Of a stretch of 64,000 bases of DNA, positions 57,675 to 64,000 are shown one piece after another. Each line of letters opens with the position of its first letter. The first letter of the stretch is position 1. The stretch is taken from the NCBI GenBank assembly GCA_045532825.1, contig JAZSGR010000087.1, forward strand, positions 206-64,205, in the 5' to 3' direction. The notes under the pieces are model-generated. The model was not told where the DNA came from. It worked only from the letters and a program-made list of their open reading frames with translations, and did not search any database. The position numbers and the translations under genes were made by a program. The stretch is from Victivallaceae bacterium (GTDB taxonomy: Bacteria > Verrucomicrobiota > Lentisphaeria > Victivallales > Victivallaceae).

Positions 57675-59948
57675 ATGAAACTTATAACCCTTGGAACCAG
57701 TCATGGTGATCCGGAGCTGAACCGCTTCAACTCCTCGCTGCTGCTGCGCAGCTCCGCCGGTGACTATATTTTTGAAGCAGGAGCTCCGGTCAATGCACTG
57801 CTGATCCGCAAAAACATACCGTTCAGCAATATCAAAGCGGTTTTCGTAAGTCACTCGCACGAAGATCACACCGGCGGACTGCCGGGACTGGTGAAATCGC
57901 TGATAAAGCGTCCGGTCCCCGGACAGCACACCCGTCTGCTGCTGCCGGAACAGGAATGTATCGATGCGCTGAAAGCCTTTGTTGATTCGACCCACCGTCC
58001 CTGGACGGATGATCTTATTTCAACAGAAGTCATCAGCTCCGGAACGATCTACGATGACGGCAACCTGCGGGTAACGGCATTTGCCACGGACCACATGGCG
58101 ATCAGTGGCAAAGCCTTTCCAAGCTGGGCGTTCCTCGCGGAAGCAGAGGGCAAACGCATCGTTTTCACTGGAGATTTAAGCAGAGATCTCCATGATTTTC
58201 CCATTGCCGCCTTCGATGCTCCTGCGCTCTGCGTAATGGAGTGCCAGCACTATAATGCCAAACTTGCCGGAGAACTGCTGAAAAAACTTCCGGTATCAGG
58301 ATTTATCGGAGTTCATATCTCCAGCCGGTGGAACGGTCACGCAAATGAATTTTACCGGACACTTGGTTCTCCGGATTTTCCCTTTGCATTTGCAGAAGAC
58401 GGAATGGAGTTTGATCTTGACCTGCCGGTAAGCTCCGGTTTTTCCGTTGCCGTTCTCGCTGATCTTCACCTGCCGGATGCTGATGATACGGTAAAAGAAC
58501 AGGTGCTGGACTGGACCGTTTCGGAACTGAAACGCTCAGGAGCCGGTCTGATCGCTGCCGCAGGCGACATGACTGGAACAGGTTCGCTTCAGGCAGCCCG
58601 CAGATTACGGAAAAAACTGAAAAATACCGGCTGCCGCTACATGTTCACCCCCGGCAACTCCGATCTGCGTTCAGCCGGTTCAACAGCAGAAATGCTCAGG
58701 ATACTCGGCACGTCTGACATTTCAGAACATGTTATTCTTCTTGACAGTTCGCAGGGAAAACTGAGCCGTAAATCAAGGATACTGCTCGCCGGACTGCTGG
58801 CGGACCGGAGCAGAAAAAACCTGCTCGCCATAACCCACTACCCGCCGGAGAACCTGCCGGAAGATGACGCCATGCTGCTGACAGCCGCGGCAAGATCCGG
58901 GATCATCAATCATCTGGTTTACGGTCACATGCATCATGATAAAAAGCATATCTGGAAAGGTCTGCCCTGCGAATGTCTCCGCGGACTTGATCCTGATAAA
59001 GCCTCAGGCGGTGCACCGTCATTTGCCATATTCAGCAGGTTGCCGGATAAGTCGTGGCAGAGAAAGAATAAAGTTTTCAGAACAGCGGTCCCCTCCTCAT
59101 GGAGCAGGGCGGAAAAGCAGAGCTTTATTGAAAATCTCGGTTTGTCGGCGATGAAAGATCCCTTCGGCACGCTGGATTTTGCCATTTCTGCCGGAGTACC
59201 GGTCCTGGAGTGGCGATTTGCCCTGTTTTCACCTGAAGATATGCAGAAATTCAAAAGCAAACTGGCTGACTGGCGCAAAAACGGCGGCAGGTGTTTATCT
59301 ATCCACTTTCCTGATATCCGGCTGGAAGGCGGTTCTCTCACGGGAACAGATATTCTCCGTATTGCGGTAAAAACGACGATAGAACTTGAAGCGCAGCGTA
59401 TAACGCTGCACGTTCCGCGTGTCACTGCCGGAGAGTTTGCCGATGATGCAACAGCTTCGCTCATTGCGGATGAAACAGCAGAAATACTTGCTCCGCTGGC
59501 GCAAAAAAGCATTGCTGCCGGCGTGGAAAATCTGCACATGTCTCCCGGTGAAAAAAGTGATCTTTCGCGCGGTTTCGGATACACGCCGCAGGAGGTGATA
59601 AGTTTTGCCGATATGCTGACCCGGCGCGGCATTCCGGCGGGCATACATCTTGATATCGGACACGCAAGAAACAATGCGCCGTTTTCCAAAACGTTCAATA
59701 TCAGCGACTGGTTTGCGATCTGCGGCAGCCGTATCAACGGCATGCATCTGCATCAGGTCACAGTCGATGAAAGCGGAAAAATGCTCAACCACCGGGCATT
59801 CACAGAGCCGTTCGGCAAGCTGATTTCCCTTGCTTCACTTTTCACGGCATGGAAAACGCACGCTGTCCCGCATGTTCCGCTGATCCTGGAAATTCGTCAG
59901 GATAGAGGTCCTGAATCTCTTGAACTGTTGAGAACTGTTTTCAAATAA
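57675..59948 (+). CDS. Three-domain fusion: MBL-fold hydrolase + calcineurin-like metallophosphoesterase + xylose-isomerase-like TIM barrel
   Basis: 757 aa. The N-terminal region has VSHSHEDHTGG, the HxHxDH motif. The middle region has VLADLHLPD, AAGDMTGTG, PGNSD and VYGHMHHD, the metallophosphoesterase motifs. The C-terminal region (HFPD...ITLHVP...VENLH...IHLDIGHA...GMHLHQ) matches the sugar-phosphate isomerase/epimerase TIM barrel pattern. Confidence 0.65.
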   Translation: MKLITLGTSHGDPELNRFNSSLLLRSSAGDYIFEAGAPVNALLIRKNIPFSNIKAVFVSHSHEDHTGGLPGLVKSLIKRPVPGQHTRLLLPEQECIDALKAFVDSTHRPWTDDLISTEVISSGTIYDDGNLRVTAFATDHMAISGKAFPSWAFLAEAEGKRIVFTGDLSRDLHDFPIAAFDAPALCVMECQHYNAKLAGELLKKLPVSGFIGVHISSRWNGHANEFYRTLGSPDFPFAFAEDGMEFDLDLPVSSGFSVAVLADLHLPDADDTVKEQVLDWTVSELKRSGAGLIAAAGDMTGTGSLQAARRLRKKLKNTGCRYMFTPGNSDLRSAGSTAEMLRILGTSDISEHVILLDSSQGKLSRKSRILLAGLLADRSRKNLLAITHYPPENLPEDDAMLLTAAARSGIINHLVYGHMHHDKKHIWKGLPCECLRGLDPDKASGGAPSFAIFSRLPDKSWQRKNKVFRTAVPSSWSRAEKQSFIENLGLSAMKDPFGTLDFAISAGVPVLEWRFALFSPEDMQKFKSKLADWRKNGGRCLSIHFPDIRLEGGSLTGTDILRIAVKTTIELEAQRITLHVPRVTAGEFADDATASLIADETAEILAPLAQKSIAAGVENLHMSPGEKSDLSRGFGYTPQEVISFADMLTRRGIPAGIHLDIGHARNNAPFSKTFNISDWFAICGSRINGMHLHQVTVDESGKMLNHRAFTEPFGKLISLASLFTAWKTHAVPHVPLILEIRQDRGPESLELLRTVFK

Positions 59949-59961
59949 AGGAGTTTGATTT

Positions 59962-61020
59962 ATGACGGATCTGAAAAACAATCAGGGCGGTATTTTCCGC
60001 AGCAGTGTCAATGTTGAAACACATGCAAAAAACAAATCAGAGAACAAAAAACATTTCACCCTTATCGAGCTGCTGGTAGTCACTTCACAACACTGCCGTC
60101 ATTTTATACATAACTCTTGTTTTGCGTCAGCAAAAACTTTTTCGCTTTTCTTGACCCTCCGCCGCCCTGCGGGCTATGGAGGGCAGGAAGATAAAACCAG
60201 TCCTTATAATACTTGCAAAGCAAGTGCTTCATATTTGCCGCAGGCAAACGCTTCATGCAGCAACGCTGCGCTTCACACGGCAGAGCCGTGCTTCATTCGA
60301 TCAACGTTCACGTTGATCGAGCTTCTGGTTGTGATCGCTATTATTGCGATATTGGCGGCGATGCTGCTTCCTGCGCTGCAGCAGGCGCGGGAACGGGCGA
60401 GGATGACCAACTGCATGAGTAATGAAAGGGGCATCGGGACGGGTGTAAGCATGTATGTGCAGGACTTTGATTATCTTCCGGGCTGCGGAGACGGTTCCAC
60501 CGGCAACGGAAGTTTGTTCACCTATGTCGGACCTTATGTCGGTTACGGCAACATGATGCATTCCAGGGTATTTTACACCGACAGCCGTTCAGTGCTGCCG
60601 TTGTACCTGTGTCCATCTGACAACGAACCGATTTTGAAAGGAACCAATTTCGGGGGCTTGAACGGAGTTTCCTACATTGCCTCGAATGTGCTGGCAAGAA
60701 CGGAGATCAATGGTGAGATCAAAACGATTTCAGGCAGAAAGATCTCAACTGTAAAAAATCCATCGCAAAAATTTTTCTTTCTGGAATCCGGAAACGGAGC
60801 TGAGAATAAATATTCCGCCGGATACGCTTCCCACAAACGTGTTGCCTACCGGCATCCGGCGGGAGCGGCGAAAATTTTTGATTCAAACCAGCTGGTCGGC
60901 AATGCCGGTATGAACGTCTGCTACGCCGACGGACGTGCCTCCGCATGGCGCGGTGCCGTCACCACTGCCGATACTGATGATCCAAATGGAATATACACTA
61001 AACACTGGATACTCAACTGA
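59962..61020 (+). CDS. Pseudopilin-like (prepilin-type N-terminal methylation motif) protein with duplicated FTLIELLVV motif and 75-codon in-frame insert
   Basis: 352 aa with AAGGAG 8 nt upstream of the ATG. The first motif lies at 60055-60081, the insert at 60082-60306, and the second motif at 60307-60333. The second motif continues into the full hydrophobic helix [29 protein letters not shown]. Confidence 0.8.
   Translation: MTDLKNNQGGIFRSSVNVETHAKNKSENKKHFTLIELLVVTSQHCRHFIHNSCFASAKTFSLFLTLRRPAGYGGQEDKTSPYNTCKASASYLPQANASCSNAALHTAEPCFIRSTFTLIELLVVIAIIAILAAMLLPALQQARERARMTNCMSNERGIGTGVSMYVQDFDYLPGCGDGSTGNGSLFTYVGPYVGYGNMMHSRVFYTDSRSVLPLYLCPSDNEPILKGTNFGGLNGVSYIASNVLARTEINGEIKTISGRKISTVKNPSQKFFFLESGNGAENKYSAGYASHKRVAYRHPAGAAKIFDSNQLVGNAGMNVCYADGRASAWRGAVTTADTDDPNGIYTKHWILN
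60082..60232 (+). repeat. Conserved 151-nt insert module, copy 1
   Basis: 146 of 151 positions are identical to 61287-61437. It starts immediately after the GTC (Val) codon of the first motif. It contains hairpins TTTTGC/GCAAAA (60120-60135, then a T-rich tract), CCCTCC..GCCC/GGGC..GGAGGG (60155-60183) and CTTGC/GCAAG (60212-60224). Confidence 0.9.
60212..60296 (+). repeat. Array of four mini-hairpins, each followed by YGCTTCAY
   Basis: The four hairpins are CTTGC-AAA-GCAAG tGCTTCAt, TTTGCC-GCA-GGCAAA cGCTTCAt, GCAGC-AAC-GCTGC gCTTCAc and CACGGC-AGA-GCCGTG CTTCAt. The period is about 20-23 nt. Every stem is 5-6 bp and every loop is 3 nt. Confidence 0.85.
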
Positions 61021-61049
61021 ACTGAAACTCTCCCTCTGTACAAGCACGG

Positions 61050-61088
61050 CTCAACTTGTGAAAAGACAATGCACAAGTTGAGTTTTTT
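61050..61088 (+). terminator. Rho-independent terminator after the first pseudopilin-like gene
   Basis: An 11-bp stem, CTCAACTTGTG (61050-60) with CACAAGTTGAG (61072-82), followed by TTTTTT (61083-88). Confidence 0.8.
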
Positions 61089-61232
61089 GCATAATCTTTG
61101 CATTGTTTTCACATATAAACACCTTGTTATTGCAAAAACACGGGATATAGTAATCCGTAACATGGGAAATAATTTTTCAGCACACAAAACAGTATGCAGA
61201 AAACAATTACAAAAAAACGGAGGGTAAACAAA

Positions 61233-62294
61233 ATGCAGGTCAAAAACAGTAAAAACAATTTTACGTTGATTGAACTTCTGGTGGTCACTTCACAACACTG
61301 CCGTCATTTTATACATAACTCTTGTTTTGCGTCAGCAAAAACTTTTTCGCTTTTCTTGACCCTCCGCCGCCCTGCGGGCTATGGAGGGCAGGAAGGTAAA
61401 ACCAGTCCTTATAATGCTTGCGGAGCAAGCGCTTCATGTACTGCACATAACGCCGTTTTTGCGTCAGCAAAAACTTTTTCGCTTTTCTTGAAAGGGGAAT
61501 GGGGTTTTGGGAAAGGGGAAAACCTCTTTTCCCGGGAAAAGAAGTTTTCCCCTTTCCCCAAGAACGCCTTTACCTTAATAGAGCTGCTGGTCGTCATCGC
61601 GATCATTGCGATACTTGCGGCGATGCTGATGCCGGCATTGCAGCAGGCGCGTGAGCGCGGACGCACCATATCATGTGTTTCCAATCTGCGTCAGCTTTAC
61701 AATTACTGGTTTGAATATGCCAATGACAACAAAGATTATGTTCTTGCTGCGTGGAAACCGATGACTCCTGCCGGAGATCTGATAAACTGGATGGAAAAAC
61801 TGCTGCTTGACCGTTTCAATGTAAAACTTGGCGACCCGGTCCCGAAAAGCACCGGACAGCTTTTTTCCTGTCCCTCGGACAACAGCGGCAATTATGTGTA
61901 CAATAAAACTAAAATAAAACCCGCCAGCTATGCGCTCAACCGCGGCTTCGGCTGGGGTTCGTTCAGCGGCATCAACGGCTGTGCAAGTTCCGGAGGGATT
62001 TATTTCTCAAAAATCACCCAGCGCAATCCCAATACCGGAAAAACCATCGTTTTTGCCGACAACTGGAAACGGGCGATGATGAAGGGCAACAGTAATGCTG
62101 CGCTCTCTTCTGATACCAAGGTCGCGCTTCAGAAAGAATATGATCTTGGTATTTACAGTCCGCATGGAAACGGAATGAACACTGTATTCCTGAACGGCAG
62201 TGTTTCGACGGTAAATTACAGATGGAGGTGCAACTGGTGTTTTCTCGGCGATCTCTGGAACCGGAAACCCACTGAAATTTCCATGGTCCAATAA
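61233..62294 (+). CDS. Pseudopilin-like (prepilin-type N-terminal motif, H-X9-(D/N)G-like C-terminus) protein with duplicated FTLIELLVV motif and 94-codon in-frame insert
   Basis: I prefer the start at the ATG at 61233 ([18 protein letters not shown], with GGAGGG upstream); the track ORF starts at 61194. The first motif lies at 61260-61286, the insert at 61287-61568 and the second motif at 61569-61595, followed by [32 protein letters not shown] near the C-terminus resembles the H-X9-DG motif. Confidence 0.8.
   Translation: MQVKNSKNNFTLIELLVVTSQHCRHFIHNSCFASAKTFSLFLTLRRPAGYGGQEGKTSPYNACGASASCTAHNAVFASAKTFSLFLKGEWGFGKGENLFSREKKFSPFPKNAFTLIELLVVIAIIAILAAMLMPALQQARERGRTISCVSNLRQLYNYWFEYANDNKDYVLAAWKPMTPAGDLINWMEKLLLDRFNVKLGDPVPKSTGQLFSCPSDNSGNYVYNKTKIKPASYALNRGFGWGSFSGINGCASSGGIYFSKITQRNPNTGKTIVFADNWKRAMMKGNSNAALSSDTKVALQKEYDLGIYSPHGNGMNTVFLNGSVSTVNYRWRCNWCFLGDLWNRKPTEISMVQ
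61287..61437 (+). repeat. Conserved 151-nt insert module, copy 2
   Basis: Partner of 60082-60232. Four of the five differences cluster around the CTTGC/GCAAG hairpin (loop AAA versus GGA and the flanking bases). None falls in a stem. Confidence 0.9.
61457..61491 (+). repeat. Third copy of the 35-nt sub-repeat TTTTGCGTCAGCAAAAACTTTTTCGCTTTTCTTGA
   Basis: Identical to 60120-60154 and 61325-61359, which lie inside the 151-nt modules. It is a hairpin TTTTGC-GTCA-GCAAAA followed by a T-rich tract and translates as [11 protein letters not shown] each time. Confidence 0.9.
61509..61558. repeat. 50-nt near-perfect palindrome (G-rich arm / C-rich arm) inside the insert
   Basis: GGGAAAGGGGAAAAC (61509-23) pairs with GTTTTCCCCTTTCCC (61544-58), 15 bp. 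The inner CTTTTCC/GGAAAAG stem closes a CCGG centre, with one C-A mismatch. Both strands encode nearly the same peptide: [18 protein letters not shown] forward and [18 protein letters not shown] in the reverse ORF 61409-61684. Confidence 0.9.
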
Positions 62295-62310
62295 AAAGTT
62301 TCTGTAAAAA

Positions 62311-64000
62311 ATGTATATGTCAAACCCGTCTGTACTGCGGAGGATCCTCCGCAGGTCGTTTGCTGTATGTTTTTCTGCGGCGGTGGTATCCGTCGCACAA
62401 GCTGTTGAGAATAACGTTATGAATGCAAAAAAATATGTCGTGACAAGCCGCATTGACGGTTTCAAGGATTCTTATCATCTCCACGATGCCGGAGCAGGCA
62501 GTGATTGTCTGGTCCATCTCCACGGACACAACGCAAACGGCGATCAGCCGTTTGTCAGAGAAGAGATCGCTGCTCAACTGCGTCCACTGGTAAAAAAGTA
62601 TAATTTAAGTATTTTTTCACCCAATCTGCGGAACAATGCCTGGATGTCACCGGCAGCAGTTGCCGATCTGCGCGATATGCTGCTGGAGCTGAAGGCAAAG
62701 CGCAAGTATAAACGTTTTTTCTTTATCTGCGCCAGCATGGGCGGTACCGGCGGATTGATCTTTGCCTCACAGCATCCGGAACTGGTCAGTGGTCTGGCTG
62801 TCCTCGGTGCGGCGACCGATCTTCCCCGTTACCGGGAGTACCTGCTGAGATATCACAAAGAGACCGGCAGGGATATCTTCCTTGAGATCGCACAGGCGAT
62901 AAAAAATAATCACACTGAAAAATCTCTTGAAGAATACAGTGTCTGCAAAAACTTTGAAAAACTCACCATGCCGCTGGTATTTTATCACGGCAGAGAGGAT
63001 TATGTGATGCCGGTCACAGAAATGTATGCGCTTCAGCAGAAAATGGTTAATTTCCCCAATGCTGAATTCAAAGCTGTTCCCGGTCCTCACAACGCGCCCG
63101 TGGAGTTCAGAGAGGAGGTCTTTGAAAAGATCTATCATTACCAGGCTCCGGCAAAGGTGAAAAATGATCTTGAGATCATCATTCCGGTAACTCTTGAAAG
63201 CGATTGGAAGAGCTGCGAAGAGACAGCTGCTGCGATCATGGAACAGTACCGGCTTTACGGTTTCACGAATTTTGCGCTGGCAATGCCGGATAAAGGCTGG
63301 CGCAGCCGTCATTATCCGCCGGAAAGTTTCTTTGCCGGACAGGCGGAAAAGCTGCTCAAGGTAAAAAAACTTCTGCCGCCGTTCATCCGTTGCGGCTGGT
63401 GGCACACTCTGATACTGAAATCCGGTCCGACTCCGGGACTTACAAGGATAATGCGCCTCAACGGGACGGAATCTCCGTTCTCGACCTGTCCGCTTGATCC
63501 GGAATACCGCAGACGTTTTGCCCAAGACGTTGCGACCGTGTTGAAAACAGCCAAACCGGCATTCATGATAACCGAAGATGACTTCAGTTTGAACTGTCAC
63601 GGCGGTCCCGGATGTTACTGCAAACATCATCTGGAAGCATTTGCCAAAAAAGAGGGCAGATATTATTCCCGTGAGGAACTGGAAAAACTTTTCACCCAAA
63701 CTCCGGAACAGTCACGGGAACTTCTCCGCCGCTATCAGGAGTCTCTCAAAGACAGTCTGGTACAGTTCGCTTCAGCCATCCGTGAAGCAGCGGACTCCGT
63801 TGCTCCGGAGATCCCCATCGGCTTCATGCAGCCGGGAAATCATGCCAAAGACGGCAACTCTGCCGAAGCAGTAGCAAGAGCTCTGGCGGGCAAAAATCAC
63901 ACTCCGTTCATACGTTTCAACGGCACGTTCTACTGTGGTGAAAGCATTCCTGGAATTCCTTCGCGGCTGTTCAACTGTCTTTATTACAAACAGCACATCA
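62311..64000 (+). CDS. Secreted protein: N-terminal alpha/beta-hydrolase (esterase-like) domain plus uncharacterised C-terminal domain; 3' end cut by window edge
   Basis: Absent from the track because it has no stop inside the window. Manual translation from the ATG at 62311 reads MYMSNPSVLRRILRRSFAVCFSAAVVSVAQAVENNVMNAKKYVV...HLHGHNANGD...FFICASMGGTGGLIFASQHPELV...FYHGREDYVMP... and then ...PGCYCKHHLEAFAKKEGRYYSREELE... It stays open to 64000. An in-frame TAA lies at 62305-07. The N-terminus looks like a signal peptide. The minus-strand ORF 62767-63699 is its shadow. Confidence 0.7.
   Translation, partial: MYMSNPSVLRRILRRSFAVCFSAAVVSVAQAVENNVMNAKKYVVTSRIDGFKDSYHLHDAGAGSDCLVHLHGHNANGDQPFVREEIAAQLRPLVKKYNLSIFSPNLRNNAWMSPAAVADLRDMLLELKAKRKYKRFFFICASMGGTGGLIFASQHPELVSGLAVLGAATDLPRYREYLLRYHKETGRDIFLEIAQAIKNNHTEKSLEEYSVCKNFEKLTMPLVFYHGREDYVMPVTEMYALQQKMVNFPNAEFKAVPGPHNAPVEFREEVFEKIYHYQAPAKVKNDLEIIIPVTLESDWKSCEETAAAIMEQYRLYGFTNFALAMPDKGWRSRHYPPESFFAGQAEKLLKVKKLLPPFIRCGWWHTLILKSGPTPGLTRIMRLNGTESPFSTCPLDPEYRRRFAQDVATVLKTAKPAFMITEDDFSLNCHGGPGCYCKHHLEAFAKKEGRYYSREELEKLFTQTPEQSRELLRRYQESLKDSLVQFASAIREAADSVAPEIPIGFMQPGNHAKDGNSAEAVARALAGKNHTPFIRFNGTFYCGESIPGIPSRLFNCLYYKQHI

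Noticed and set aside
60196-60212. Internal promoter in the insert module (perfect TATAAT at about 60204-60209)
   Set aside because: No acceptable -35 element lies at 16-18 nt upstream (GGCAGG). There is also no in-frame start codon between the module and the second motif, so an internal transcript would have nothing obvious to translate.
60082-60306. Group I or group II self-splicing intron as explanation for the inserts
   Set aside because: The inserts are only 225 and 282 nt. The upstream boundary follows a C rather than the U usual for group I. One insert does not end in G. There is no GUGYG...AY group II boundary and no intron-encoded ORF. The flanking motif is also duplicated rather than split. 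Some other processing mechanism cannot be excluded.
1-64000. Mobile genetic elements, prophage, toxin-antitoxin or known defence systems
   Set aside because: I recognised no transposase, integrase, recombinase, phage structural, toxin-antitoxin or cas-like proteins in any frame. The only defence-related fold is the solitary methyltransferase, which is reported separately.

Overview
This 64 kb window is densely coding chromosomal DNA with about 55 CDS. It probably comes from a PVC-group bacterium (Lentisphaerota/Verrucomicrobiota-like). That guess is an inference from the [20 protein letters not shown]-type pseudopilin-like proteins and the overall gene content. Most of the window is housekeeping. 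It includes gnd, efp-epmA, serC, plsY, metG, pssA-psd, purB, purM, lysA, tsaB and a dCMP deaminase. It also holds an LPS-precursor block: hldC, hldA, kdsB, kdsA, kdsC, a giant LptA-like protein, an NPr-like protein and an ArnT-like glycosyltransferase with TPR repeats. Sugar-acid genes are present (uxaC, a UxuB-like SDR, a LarA-like protein, an aldolase/SDR fusion, an FAH-family protein). There are also transporters, a Ser/Thr kinase, and a putative glycan-utilisation cluster under an AraC regulator at the right end. I found no rRNA, tRNA, CRISPR array, transposase, integrase or phage genes. Two real ORFs run off the window edges and are therefore absent from the supplied track: minus strand 1-1223 and plus strand 62311-64000. 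The most unusual signal is in the two adjacent pseudopilin-like genes at 59962-62294. Each carries an in-frame insert of 225 or 282 nt placed exactly after the VV codons of an N-terminal FTLIELLVV motif. Each insert is followed by a second, complete copy of that motif. The first 151 nt of the two inserts are about 97% identical, although the flanking genes are strongly diverged. The inserts are full of hairpins, including a 50-nt near-perfect palindrome and an array of four mini-hairpins each followed by YGCTTCAY. A second signal is a ~160-nt rod-shaped, nested inverted-repeat structure in a long AT-rich intergenic region (26948-27106), which is a candidate structured RNA. All functional calls come from reading the translated sequences and from remembered family motifs. 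No database search was run.
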